Shown here piece by piece: positions 43,212 to 58,153 of a DNA stretch of 64,000 bases (position 1 is its first letter; every line of letters begins with the position of its first letter). Source of the stretch: Tubiluchus corallicola (taxonomy: Eukaryota; Animalia; Priapulida); NCBI GenBank assembly GCA_030141605.1, contig JAQGDQ010000654.1:1-64000 (forward strand), read 5' to 3'. The position numbers and the translations under genes are program-made. Under the pieces are notes generated by a model. That model was not told the DNA's origin, made no database searches, and saw nothing but the letters and a program-made list of their open reading frames with translations.

Positions 43212-43956
43212 TACACAGAATATACTGGTGCATAAATGCGCAGACACAGATGTATTAACAGAAGCAGAAATACAGTAAATTCTTCAATTCTTATATCACA
43301 AATGGGTTTATTTTAAAAAAATATCGTGGTAGCTGCAGAAGTTATCTGATTGGCTTGTTGACTGACTGACTGACTGACTGATTTACAAGCAGTTTACCTG
43401 TTGGCAAGTAATCAATACTACAATGGGTTTTTTAATATAACAGCCTAAGTTTTTTTTTAAATATGATTTTATTTTGAGAAATTGCGGATCTCAAAACATA
43501 TAATATGAATCTATCGTATTGCTCAAATAACAAAATTGTTGAACTGCTCAATTGTGTTACAGTAAAATGAAGATTTGCCATATTGTAAGGTAAAGGAATA
43601 ACTTGTTTTCAGCTGTGAATAAAATCACTCTAAGGCCACTGGGAATGGCATAAAATAATGTATGTTAGATTTGTAGTGAAGTTTCTTACTTTTTATTATT
43701 TTCATTTCACTAACAAATAAGATTGCACTATATTATGCTAAACTTTTGTAAACATTTACTTGCAAATGGAAGAGCTGTCTGTACGTTTTTATATTATAAT
43801 TTTGTTCAATAAAAGACTTATCATCATCATCATCATCATCATCATCATTTTCGCCGTCATTATCATCATCGTCATCATTCTAAGTTGTACGACACCAAAG
43901 TTTCAACAACTAAAGTACTAATTCGTGAATTACGATTGTAATATTTTAAAACTTAC

Positions 43957-44056
43957 TCGTGAACTCGTGGCTGTAATATACAGCACCCAAGAATGTAATA
44001 AAACAAAGCCAGACGGAGAAAATTTCTAATCGCTTCAACCCTCGCCTAACAAACAT
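43957..44056 (-). CDS. Carbohydrate sulfotransferase exon 1: cytoplasmic tail and type II signal anchor
   Basis: MFVRRGLKRLEIFSVWLCFITFLGAVYYSHEFT then donor gtaagt; phase 1 joins exon 2 in frame, giving 389 aa. Confidence 0.85.
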
Positions 44057-44511
44057 GGAGAAGTTTGGGCACTCAGTCAGACTAACTCTCCATTAAAAAG
44101 GCGAAATTTTTGGCACAACTAGACTGAACCACGACATTTCTGAAGCACCTTTAACTCAACCACAGTAGTTACACATGGAAAACATTCGCATTATATTACA
44201 CTTCACGGCATTTATTAAGAGATCGAATAAACAGATTAAAAAGCGGTTGCTCCACGAATTTCTGTATTTGAACAGGCGAGTTTTAAACACTACACCGGTT
44301 CTGCACGAACAACATTAACCAGCACCACAGATCTCGGTAATTTCATTCTTGTTCATCAAAAGCTATCATACATGTGACAACGTAACTGATCATTGCCGAG
44401 GAGTACTGTAGGAACGTCCCTATTCAACTGGAACGAAGGCAGAACGCACCAGCTGTGTGACCCCCTGTGCCAAGGGCAGTGCTTCTGAATATTTCGTAAA
44501 ATTAAGAATCG

Positions 44512-44891
44512 TAAAATTATAGCTGTCTTAGGAAATAATGATCTGTTGAAGTTGTTATTATTCGGTAAAGATGAATTTGACTATGTTACTAACTGTAAAA
44601 TATTCCAATGCATACATGACTTTATATTATGTACTAAACGCTTCCAGTAGTTTCTATGTGATATGAAATGCATCAGTCTTAAATATTCGTACATTAATAT
44701 TTTCTAACCGTCATTTTCTACTAATGTCTAATGTATCACTGTAGTAAAACTTTAGTATACTAAAAACTAAGTATAGTCTATTCTTACTGTAAATGTTCTT
44801 GTAAATAGTGTATAAAGTCTGTTGTGGTGAGGATCCTAAATCATGTTGTACAAACTGTCTGATCCAATCCTAAATAAATTATGTTTAAACT
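44512..44891 (+). mobile_element. 5'-truncated CR1-like LINE with target-site duplication
   Basis: Encodes LGNNDLLKLLLFGKDEFDYVTNCKIFQCIHDFILCTKRFQ-stop (stop at 44648-44650), resembling invertebrate CR1 ORF2 ends; AATAAATTATGTTTAAAC tail; 13-bp direct repeat AAATTAAGAATCG at 44499 and 44892. Confidence 0.8.
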
Positions 44892-45408
44892 AAATTAAGA
44901 ATCGACGAAATATTTCAATTCAATTCAAGTTAAATTTTTACTCCGGCACCTAAGACAAAATGCTATACTAAAATATAAACTACAAAACCCAAAACAAAGT
45001 AAAACTACAACGCAATAACAAATTACGAACGATTATAATTTATATTTTATGATTTATTGGGTGAAATATATTAAAAAAATTATAAGGTCATCAATTACAA
45101 AGTACAAGACAAAACAAATATATGTACAACATGGTACGTAGCACATTAGTAAACAAAAAGACAAAAGCAAAAAAACAAAAACAACAACAAACAATGATGT
45201 ATGTCATAAACCCAACTTCACATACACATTCAACACACTGAAATTAACAATCCAATTTTATAAATACAAAATTTTATAGCTTCCTCTTATTTACAAAACA
45301 TTTTATTTATTAGGTTGCAAACAATTGTTAGTATTTCTAGATCTTTACTCCCTGTATTTGTCAGCATTACTGTGATTATATATGTACATACATACATACA
45401 TACATACA

Positions 45409-45441
<33 letters not shown>

Positions 45442-45731
45442 GCATACATACGTGTGTGTGTGTTTGTGTGTGCGTGCGTCCGTGTGTGTGTATGTAAATA
45501 CAGAGTTAATAGATGAACAGTTCAGATACTAAATATTTAACAAGTCCTTCCACTTCACAATAAAGCTAGATTTTTTCTAATCGGATATAATGGCCCTAAT
45601 ACGCTTTCGTATATGTGAGTTAGCAGTAGCTGTTATAATACCATTGCCAGCGTGGTGTAGTAATCTGTTGCGCATGTTATAACACGAACTCCTGCGATTT
45701 TGAAGGAATTTGATTAAAGTACTTTTATTAA

Positions 45732-46197
45732 AGGACAAAAAATTGGGATCCCTGAAGCAGGTTTCAGAAAAATCGCCCTAAAATTATATTACTTTATAGC
45801 AATTTTATGCATATATCGTACTCGCACTGAAAGGAACTTTAGTTTGTTTTCATTTTAGATCTCCCGCAATATTGTTCCGAAGTCGCCATTACGTGACGTC
45901 ATATACGCACCACGTAAATCGGGGGAAGAAAAAGAAATGTTAAATTACGTCCCAAAAAACTTTCCATGCAAATTTATATTACTTAGCATTTCACTTACCC
46001 GTTGGAAAGACTTATGTAACTAGAAATAATAATTTAAAATGTTCGTGCGAATTGGTAAAATGTCACTGATTCACCCTCCACGTGACAAGATACAGTAATA
46101 ACGGTCATCGCGCGAGTTTAAATTAACATGTTTTATATACAGCGTTAAGAGCGATACAAGCCTGCATGAAAAAAGCAGTATGTAAGCGTTATAATAT

Positions 46198-46241
<44 letters not shown>

Positions 46242-46346
46242 CGTTACGAGCGATACAAGCCGGCATGAAAAAAGTAGTATGCAAGTGGCATAAAATTTGC
46301 AAGACGAATTTTTAAGCTTTATGTAAGTGGATGGTTTTCTTGTGCT
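45732..46346 (-). mobile_element. Family A reverse copy with internal deletions and a (TA)n tract
   Basis: TTAA|AGGACAAAAA ... TTTTCTTGTGCT|TCAA. Confidence 0.8.
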
Positions 46347-46755
46347 TCAAATCCTGCTACGCTGGTTTAAGCCTTGGCCATGTTATGACACATAATGACA
46401 TTACTGTATCTCCAAAACATTGCTTTGTTTATGTGAACCAGGGCAAGTCATATCATGTTAGGTATAACGAGTTAAAGGCTGAGTGTACAGTTCAATTTGT
46501 TATAATATTATGCCAGTATTCGTACATAAAATTACGGTAAATATAACAAAAGGCAAATGAAATTTCTCATATTTATCAATTAAATAATTTGGTTAATTAC
46601 TCTGAGTTTGCAAATGCGCCCTCTACGTGGAGCCGCCCAAAACTTTAAAAGTTTTCTGTGTCATTGAACTGTCACCGCCTTGACGACTTCCGCCGTCATT
46701 AATTCTTGTTTCTTAGACAATAAAGCGGGTGGCGTTTCAGTGAATACGTGTAAAT

Positions 46756-48223
<1,468 letters not shown>

Positions 48224-48280
48224 GTGTAAAGTACACACTTGCGTGCTAACTGCGTGCGTGATAGCGTTTAATTTTATTAA

Positions 48281-48658
48281 AGCAACACTTCTTCATAAAT
48301 AAAATTTAAGATTTGTGGCCCTGAAATTTTATATCACTTGCATGCTGTCTTATTCCATACAGAGCTTGTGTTAACAGTAACGCTGTATAAAACCGGCGAT
48401 GACTGTTAGTCGCAGCCGTTTGAACGGCAAATCCTTTGAAACAAGTTCAGATAAAATTGCGTAAATTTTAAAAAATAATCAGAGCATTTACAGCACACTC
48501 TTCAGTAACCAAACAAAAGTTTAAATTACTGTATCTTGTCAATAAGCTTCAAAATACGTGTTTTGGTGAGCCACTGGTGCACAATGGGAAGGCGAGTTAC
48601 CGACGTTTTACCAGTTTTTGTAGCGAATATTTTAAGAATTTTTACTTACATAAATCTT
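48281..48658 (+). mobile_element. Family A left part, truncated at a TTAACCCT junction
   Basis: Shared core AATAATCAGAGCATT...AAATTACTGTATCTTGTCAATAAG. Confidence 0.7.
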
Positions 48659-49296
48659 TTAACCCTTATAGGGTTACCTCCAGACTGGTTTTTTGCATTT
48701 TACCCTTTTACCATACGCATCCCAGTAAACTTTTTCAATGACTTTTTCTAAATATGTTTTGCGCACAAAATAATTTCAGTTATTTATTTTAGGCGCATTG
48801 TCTCGCGACGAAATCAAAGTAAAAATGAAATATGTCGATTTTTTAAAATTGTCGAAACTTTACTTCGCTTGTCTATACAGTATACGTGCGATGTATCTGA
48901 TAAAACAAAATGTCAGACGTCTGTAAAAGAAGAAAGTAGTAGACAATAAATTCAAAATAACAATGATTTTTGCACACGCGCTAGCAATGTCGGTTGTCTA
49001 CAGTTATTCCAGCATAGATAAGGGAACGTAACTAAGTAAATTTTAATTTCGTTTTACTAGTAAGTCACATGTCTTTAAGCAGAGGTATAATGTATCCTAT
49101 GGTGGTCAGCGTAACCACAAATTGTGCTGTTGCTGTGTGCTAATGAAACACGGCGGTTTATCAAAAGTAATTTACGAATTATGGTAATTTTACCCCCCCC
49201 CCCCCCGTTACCAAAATCGGTTGTAAAAATCGTGATCCTATGGGAACCTTTTGGGCACGAGCTACAACATCATTAGAAGCCCGTTTTAAACATCTC

Positions 49297-49406
49297 AACA
49301 ATGGAAACATTCCAACAATGGGAACATCCCAACAATGGGAACATTCCAACAATTGGGACATTCCAACAACGGGAACATTCCAACAATGGGAACATTCCAA
49401 CAATGG
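49297..49406 (+). repeat. 17-bp minisatellite, about 6 copies
   Basis: Unit CAACAATGGGAACATTC. Confidence 0.9.
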
Positions 49407-50207
49407 CAGATCTGTTTTTCAGATGTTCACAGATATGGCAGTCGTTTTTTAAATGGTAAAAATATGGAAATAATTTTCCTTAGCAAATGCGTTTACAAAA
49501 GAAGTTAGTTCACTTGTCGGCCGAAACACATTTGATTAAACAGGCTTCCTTTTTTTAAATGAAGTTTTGAAGAAAATTTCCTGTTTTTTGTTTACGGATA
49601 GAAATGCATTCTAGGCCTATTTGACAATTAGTATTCTATATAAGAAGATAAAAAAAATTAGTGTTGGTGTCAAGCAATTTAATCTAGCATTCTATAATTA
49701 TTTGTTTTTTTTCGTATTTTTACAAACATGCATTTCCTGAAAGTGTTTAAAACGAAGCCAGCCTTAGTCATGTGATCTAAACTTTAGTAGTATACGCCAC
49801 CTATCAATCACAGTTGTTTTTACATGTAGTAAGATTTTTTGTTGCCGCTATGCTGATCATGCCGTTTGGTGATACTTGCATTGCTTTGACTATTTTGTTA
49901 CAATTTAACAGTCACTAGTTGTATTTTCAAGCCAAAGTTGTCACCAGTAAATGTAAGTCACCATCTACTTTTATAATTAGTTAATAGTTTAAATTGGTTA
50001 GAATTGCTTCAAATCTCTAGAATCATAAAGTAATAATTTGTGTTTGAGTCTTTTTAAATCTATTTTTTTAATTTTATCTAAATAGTAATAACCTTTAGTA
50101 CGTTCTTAAGCACTTCTTGTGATCTGTTATTTTAATAAATTGCAGGTCTATCGCGCAGTTCAATGCTGATTTTTGCCGTTTCTTTGCCTGGACTGGGCGC
50201 ATCCGCA

Positions 50208-50470
<263 letters not shown>

Positions 50471-50792
50471 CCTTCTCTCCTATAATGATAATATTTGACG
50501 TGACAAATGAATGGCATTATCATACAAGAAGCAATTACCTATTAATAAAGAATGATAGACTTAAAAAAAGACATCAACTTCGTTTAAATATCTTAAACTA
50601 ATAGCATTTGCTATCCATAAGGATGACGATGAGGATTTTATGTTATTTTATTACTTCAGTGTTCTCTCATTCTGTAAACCCCTTTACTGTAGTTTTTAAC
50701 TGCATTCATATGTATGTCTTGACTTGGCTTCTTTTTGTCTTGCTCTACTCACAGAGCTAGTTCACCTGGTCCGTTGGCAGTCTGTCCTTGTC

Positions 50793-50825
<33 letters not shown>

Positions 50826-51057
50826 CATTGTTGTTGTTGTTGTTTGTCTCAGTTAAACCATTCATTTGTCAAGAGTAGAAGAGCCATGATGTAAGTTTAT
50901 TCAGTCTGACTTTATTATTAATTGCTTTGCTCTTTTTTTGCTCAAAATGGTTTCTTATATTGATTTTTCTTACAGATAAAACTCAATAAAGCTACTCAAA
51001 CATGAATTTTTTGACTTTAGGCATCATGAAGCAGTAGTCTCTCACAATAAAGTTTTG

Positions 51058-51540
51058 TTATAAATTGACATCTAGAATAGATAGAGCAATTAACACTTGT
51101 GCAGTATAATACGTGTACATTATTAAATACACAGCACCTGGTATAGATACAATGAATTTATTCAATGCAATACTCAGGTCAGAAGCAAAGAATATTAGAG
51201 CACCCAGACACGCTGCCATCCTGGGCCATTTCCATTCAAAAACCGTGAACTCCAGCCTGGCAACGGCCCTCCAGACCATGGCTGAAATCAAGATGGCGTA
51301 GATCAGCACGGCTGCTATTAGAACGCCATCTAGTTGTGGTAGCATGTAGAAGAATACACCGGCAGCCAACAGACCGCACGCGATTCCGGCGCGGATGTTG
51401 ATGGGTCTGGTTCCAAAAGCGATGGCATACGTGACTTGGGCAGCAGCAAAGGCCATCATGCCGCCAAGAAAGAAATTGATGTCTTTTCCAAACGTCAAAA
51501 GCGCGTCTCCGATTGAGGAAAATACAAGACCTACGGCTAC
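51058..51540 (-). CDS. TMEM86: TMEM86/YhhN lysoplasmalogenase-like membrane hydrolase, exon 2
   Basis: ttttcag / VAVGLVFSSIGDALL...FLGGMMAFAAAQVTY...LIYAILISAMVWRA...GALIFFASDLSIALNKF...LIMYTYYTAQVLIALS; the GD, SD and YY.AQ motifs of the family are present. Confidence 0.9.
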   Translation of the reverse strand, partial: VAVGLVFSSIGDALLTFGKDINFFLGGMMAFAAAQVTYAIAFGTRPINIRAGIACGLLAAGVFFYMLPQLDGVLIAAVLIYAILISAMVWRAVARLEFTVFEWKWPRMAACLGALIFFASDLSIALNKFIVSIPGAVYLIMYTYYTAQVLIALSILDVNL

Positions 51541-51581
51541 CTGAAAAAAAAACACTTTTGAGGTATTTTATACTTCATTAA

Positions 51582-52176
51582 AGGAAGATGGGATAAATTT
51601 TCACCACCCCATTTTCAAATCAGATAAAAAGTGTACATTTTAACACAATTAACACTGCAAAACCGTTTCTGATAATCAAATAATAGATTAAAAACTTTAT
51701 TAACGGCGGGCGAATCCAACTATTGATGACATCACAAACTAACACAATTTTCAACTGCAAAAATATTCCACGAGCGTGTTGCACGTGTTTGCGAAAGTGA
51801 AAATCGAAAGTACAGCGCTACTGTAAGATATTCAGCGTGTTGTACTAAAACTACGCACGTTTTAAGATAAAAATTCAAATTTCAAATTTGCCATTGTGCA
51901 GTTGAACGTGTGTAGTTCGTCATAAACTAACACCTCTGAACTGAGAGGTACACTATCTGTTTTTTTATGTAATGCGTTTTCGAAATGCAGGCGCTAGTAT
52001 CCGTCTAACTAGTAAATGACAAAATGTGTAACAGTGAAGAACTAATGGCGCGAACTCGAAATTGTGCTTGTATGGTAATAATTCTTTCACGTATTTTGAA
52101 AAAATAGTACGTTTCCTTTCAATATTTTAGAGAGTGGATTGTTTTGAGCTACACTTTAAAATTGGGTCCAGTTTTG
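51582..52176 (+). mobile_element. Family B copy in the TMEM86 intron
   Basis: TTAA|AGGAAGATGGGATAAATTTT and the shared core. Confidence 0.75.
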
Positions 52177-52324
52177 ATGTAACATACAAGAAGAAGCAGA
52201 ATATAATTGCAGAATCATCTTAAAGAAAATATTTACACATTAGAAACACATTAGGACAAACAAATAACAATATATTGGAAATGCATTTCAAAACATAAAC
52301 ACTTATAAATTTCATCCGTCTTAT

Positions 52325-54104
52325 GTCACCATCCATGAAAATAAAGGCTAAAGAAAGTAGTGGACCTTCAATAAATAAGGGATTTGGAAGCTTCAAGTCA
52401 CAGGGTTGACCCAGGGTCACCATCCATCAAAATGAAGGTAAAAGAAAGTAGTAGAACTTCAATAAGTAAGGGGTTCGGGGGCTTCAAGTCACAGGGTTGA
52501 CCCAGGGTCACCATCCATCAAAATGAAGGTAAAAGAAATTAGTAGACCTTCAATAAGTAAGGGGTTTGGAAGCTTCAAGTCACAGGGTTGACCCAGGGTC
52601 ACCATCCATCAAAATAAAGGTAAAAGAAAGTAGTAGAACTTCAATAAGTAAGGGGTTTGGAGGCTTCAAGTCGCACGGTTGACCCAGGGTCACCATCCAT
52701 CAAAATAAAGGTAAAAGAAAGTAGTAGATCTTCAATAAGTAAGGGGTTTGGAGGCTTCAAATCGCACGGTTGACCCAGGGTCACCATCCATCAAAATGAA
52801 GGTAAAAGAAAGTAGTAGAACTTCAATAAGTAAGGGGTTCGGGGGCTTCAAGTCACAGGGTTGACCCTGGGTCACCATCCATCAAAATGAAGGTAAAAGA
52901 AATTAGTAGATCTTCAATAAGTAAGGGGTTTGGAGGCTTCAAGTCACAAGGTTGACCCAGGGTCACCATCCATCAAAATAAAGCTAAAAGAAAGTAATAG
53001 ATCTTCAATAAGTAAGGGGTTTAGAGACTTCAAATCGCACGGTTGACCCAGGGTCACCATCCATCAAAATGAAGGTAAAAGAAATTAGTAGACCTTCAAT
53101 AAGTAAGGGGTTTGGAAGCTTCAAGTCACAGGGTTGACCCAGGGTCACCATCCATCAAAATAAAGGTAAAAGAAAGTAGTAGAACTTCAATAAGTAAGGG
53201 GTTTGGAGGCTTCAAGTCGCACGGTTGACCCAGGGTCACCATCCATCAAAATAAAGGTAAAAGAAAGTAGTAGAACTTCAATAAGTAAGGGGTTCGGGGG
53301 CTTCAAGTCACAGGGTTGACCCTGGGTCACCATCCATCAAAATGAAGGTAAAAGAAATTAGTAGACCTTCAATAAGTAAGGGGTTTGGAAGCTTCAAGTC
53401 ACAGGGTTGACCCAGGGTCACCATCCACCAAAATAAAGGTAAAAGAAAGTAGTAGATCTTCAATAAGTAAGGGGTTTGGAGGCTTCAAATCGCACGGTTG
53501 ACCCAGGGTCACCATCCATCAAAATGAAGGTAAAAGAAAGTAGTAGAACTTCAATAAGTAAGGGGTTCGGGGGCTTCAAGTCACAGGGTTGACCCTGGGT
53601 CACCATCCATCAAAATGAAGGTAAAAGAAATTAGTAGACCTTCAATAAGTAAGGGGTTTGGAGGCTTCAAGTCACAAGGTTGACCCTGGGTCACCATCCA
53701 TCAAAATGAAGGTAAAAGAAAGTAGTAGATCTTCAATAAGTAAGGGGTTTGGAGGCTTCAAATCGCACAGTTGACCCAGGGTCACCATCCATCAAAATGA
53801 AGGTAAAAGAAAGTAGTAGAACTTCAATAAGTAAGGGGTTCGGGGGCTTCAAGTCACAGGGTTGACCCTGGGTCACCATCCATCAAAATGAAGGTAAAAG
53901 AAATTAGTAGACCTTCAATAAGTAAGGGGTTTGGAGGCTTCAAGTCGCACCGTTGACCCAGGGTCACCATCCATCAAAATGAAGGTAAAAGAAATTAGTA
54001 GACCTTCAATAAGTAAGGGGTTTAGAGGCTTCAAGTCCCAAGGTTGACCCAAGGTCACCATCCATCAAAATAAAGGTAAAAGAAAGTAGTAGATCTTCAA
54101 TAAG
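52325..54104 (+). repeat. 91-bp minisatellite, about 19.5 copies, in the TMEM86 intron
   Basis: GTCACCATCCAT at 52325, 52416, 52507 and onward. Confidence 0.96.
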
Positions 54105-54445
54105 AACTTCATATATATATATATATACATAATACTGTAACATGAGGCTTGAATTCTGTGGAGTATCTCATTTTTTGATAGCATAACCACTTCTGAAAAG
54201 ATACTTCCCCATCTAAGTTCGTATATCTTTCTGTTTTAGAATGTACGATGAGGTTAACAGGAATAGATTAAAAATCCCACAGAATTTACAGGAAAACTGC
54301 ACATTCTTTGTTTCTGTTTCCGGATCCTACATTTAGGATTAATCTATGCAATATTTGCTGGAAAAAGTGGGATCTCAGATAGAAAGCAGAGTAAATTTTC
54401 TCAGAAATTTTTTTCTAAGGCGCACGATAAAATTTGAAATTGTAC

Positions 54446-54862
54446 CTTTCTGGCGTAGATCTTGTTCCTGTCGGTTTGATTCGTGAGAACAAAAACTACA
54501 AGCAGAAGAACTGGCAGTGAAACAATGATCATCCTCTCTATCGACCCCTCTTCAACTTCTACGCCAATGAGGAAGAAGTAACCAACGGCAATCGCGAATC
54601 TGACCAGCTGCAACAGCGGCGACAGCGACAGAAGTAAGTCCTTCCAATAGCTGGCACCATCCGCATTGTTAGCAGGTCTTTCATTGTTCTCTGTTTCTGC
54701 AGCCGGTTTGTCATTGTTAGTTTCTCTTATGTCCCGGTTTACATTTACTTTTACATCATCAGTACCTTTGCCACTTATCAGGAAAATATCTTGATCACTC
54801 ACGTCGTTTTCGTGGACACTGTTTGTAGATTGTAATATCACGTTCGCCATATTAAATTCCAT
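54446..54862 (-). CDS. TMEM86: TMEM86/YhhN-like gene, exon 1: acidic N-terminal extension plus first two TM helices
   Basis: ATG at 54862, open for 139 codons ending ...TDRNKIYARK, donor gtacaa, phase 0 joins exon 2, giving 299 aa. Confidence 0.8.
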
Positions 54863-55574
54863 CGCTTTGTTTAGAATATTCCATGCTGTACCATCGCAAC
54901 GAGTTTAAATAACTCACAGCAATATGTAAAAACAGAGATGTAGGAATCCTCAAATGATAAATCAGTTTGGCTTCACTGCCTCATCCATTTGTGGTTAACT
55001 GTTTCCTAGACAGATATGCTAACTTTACAGTCTTCTGATAAGGTCATAGTTATATAATCTTTCACTGTCTGATCATTGGGCGTTTCAAACATTGGAGAGC
55101 AATTAACGGGTCCAGTTTTTGCCTAAAATTGAAACTTTTCTATCATTTATTCTTGCAGTTTTTAACACACGCATAATGTAAAATAAAACACGTTTAAAAT
55201 AAACAAAAATATCCCAGAATGCTTGTGGGAAACGTCAGGTAAATGACGTCACATATTTACACTAACAACGGCCGGTATAACTAGCGTTGTACAGCAGTTT
55301 TTAGGTTTTCAAAGTACGCTCCGTGAATTTAATTTTTTCAATTCAACTGCACAGGTTAAGAATTAACGCATTTTTTGAATTAGTTTTTGAATTACCATTT
55401 AATCACAGCTTAAAGAATTTACGATAAATTACAATTCATACACCGAACGGTTTAATACATTCTTATAATAATTATTACTAAAGCTACTGGTATGCGTCAG
55501 GAGGAAACTCTTGTGCTGATGCTGCCCAGATTAATGGTAAATTTGAGAAAAAACAAGAGTGTATAAAATGATCA

Positions 55575-56190
55575 CACGCACGCACGCACGCACACACACA
55601 CACTTTCTCTCTCTTTTGCACTCTGTCTCTCACTGTCTCTCTCTCACACTCTCTTTCTCTCTCACTGTCTCTACCCCCCTCTCTCTCTCTCTCGCTTATT
55701 CATCCACTCACACACACACTCACTAACTAACTCTCTCATTCACTCACTCGCTCGCTCACTCATTTACTCACTCACTCTCTCACTCATGCACTAACTCACT
55801 CACTCATTCATTCACTCACTCACTCACTCATACACTAATTCACGCAGTCACTCATTCACTAATTCACTCACTCATTCACTTATGACACCAGCTCACTCAC
55901 TTACTCACACACTCTCTCACTTATGGCACCAGCTCACTCACTCACTTACTCACACACGCACTCACTCATGGCACCAACTCACTCACTCATTCACTCACTT
56001 AATCACACACTCACTCACTCATGGCACCAGCTCACTCACTCATTCACTCACTTACTTACACACTCACTCACTCATGGCACCAGCTCACTCACCCACTCAT
56101 TCACTCACACACTATTCACTCATGGCACTCACTCACTCACTCGCACACTACTCACTCATGGCACCAACTCACTCACTCACTCACTTACTC
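55575..56190 (+). repeat. (CA)/(CT)/(TCAC)n block grading into an ATGGCACCAGCTCACTCAC minisatellite
   Basis: Direct reading. Confidence 0.9.
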
Positions 56191-56781
56191 TCTAGGTGGG
56201 GATAAAGCGCCACGCAGGTGGAAATTCAGCATGACAATGAGGGAAAACACGAATGAGACGATGTTAGTACGATGACAATACGGCGATTACTCAGTTTCTC
56301 AATCTTGATTGAATATAATCTCGTTATTTTTTTTATTTTATAAACCTGCATTCACTTCTTCCTATTATTGAATCAATCAACAGAGAGCGACGTAAGTGTT
56401 TAGAAGAAAAATATTTTTCGGGTTCAGCCAGGTTAATTAAACAAACTCGCTATCATGTATTATACAGGCTGTATAATGGATCTCACTGGGTTATTTCAAT
56501 CAACTGTGAATTCAAGCGAACTAACCACAGGTACTTATAGCACCTGAATGGATGAACTTGATTTCAAAAAATGTCAAAGGGTTAAACAAACAGTCTCAGT
56601 TAAAGAAAATTGTAAGCTTAAAATACTGAACAAATAAAAATCTTAGTACGGCGGCGCATTTGAGTGAATGTTGGACTGTCTGGTTTAGACGCTTGATTAA
56701 ACCTGATTCGATTCAGATGCTATTTCTTTCCGCAAAGAATCACCGATGCCTCGTACTGCAAGTATAGTCAACCTTACTTAA

Positions 56782-57079
56782 AGCACAACAAAACCCTCCA
56801 CTTACATAAAGCTTAAAAAATTGGTCTTGAAATTTTATACCACTTACACACTGCCCTTTTGAATATTAAACTTGCATCGGCAGTAATGCTGTATAAAACA
56901 TGTAAATTTAAACTCCAACTAGACGCAGCCATTTTGACGATAAGTATTTGAAACAAGTTTAGACAACATTGTGCAAACTTTGAAAAATAATCAGAGCATT
57001 CGTAGCGCACACGTCACTAACTGAGTAAAATCTTAAATTACTGTATCTTGTCAATAAGATTAAAAATGCGTTTTTGGTT

Positions 57080-57111
<32 letters not shown>

Positions 57112-57523
57112 ATAATCTTTATTTGCCATTAAAAACATTGATAATCACTGATAAAAACTTTACAGAGATAATAGTGAGTGGTGCACCCTGGAGGGGGAAC
57201 CAGTGACATTTTACCAAATGGTGAAAACATATTAAATTACTATTTCTAATTACATAAGTCTTTCCAGCAGGTAAGCGAAATGGTAAGTAACATAACTTTG
57301 CACAGAAAGTTTTTTGCGACATAATTTAACATTTCCTTTTCTTCTCCTAATTTACGTTGTGCGTATATGACGTCATATAATGGCGCTGTCGGAACAGTAG
57401 TGCGGGATATTTAAAATGAAAACAAACAAAAAATCCTTTCAATGCATAAAATTGCTATAAAGTAATATAATTTTTTAAGGCGATTTTTCTGAAACACCCT
57501 TCAGGTACCTCTTTTCTTGTCCT
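56782..57523 (+). mobile_element. Family A, full length, with a TA-rich insertion of about 90 bp
   Basis: TTAA|AGCACAACAAAA ... TTTTCTTGTCCT|TTAA. Confidence 0.85.
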
Positions 57524-57527
57524 TTAA

Positions 57528-57997
57528 AGAGCAAGACAACCCTTTTCTACGTAAAGCTAGAAAAATTCGTCCTGAAATTTTGTATGACTTACATGCTTTT
57601 TTGTTGCATACAGAGTAAGTATTAGCAGTAAGTCTATAAAAAACTTCATTAAGCTCCCGTGATGACAGTTAGGCGCAGCCATTTTCACGACAGCTCATTT
57701 GGAACAAGTTTAGATAACATTGAGTGAAGTTTGAAAAAATAATCAGAGCATTCGTAGCGCAACGTCACCAACTAAGTAAAAATTTTAAATTACTGTATCT
57801 TGTCAAAAAGATTAAAAATACGTTTTTGGCTAGTGAGTGGTGCACCCTGGAGGGTGAGTCAGCGACATTTTACCAATTGGTGAAAACATTTTAAATAATT
57901 AAAAATTTTCTTTTCTAGTTACATAAGTCTTTCCAGCAGGTAAGCGAAATGCTAAGTAATACAATTTTGCATGGAAAGTTGTTTGGGACATAATTTG
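57528..57997 (+). mobile_element. Family A, adjoining copy, right-truncated
   Basis: Shares the TTAA at 57524-57527 with the previous copy. Confidence 0.8.
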
Positions 57998-58153
57998 ACC
58001 TAAGATGACCTGTGGTCTTTCCTCACCCCGTCTCCATGGATAAAGTAAAGTTTTTTTTGTAAAATAGAATTTATGACGTATAAATGGAGAAAATAAATGT
58101 TTATGTCTTTAAGCAAAAGTATAAATGAATGTACCTTTTGAATAATGCGTTCA

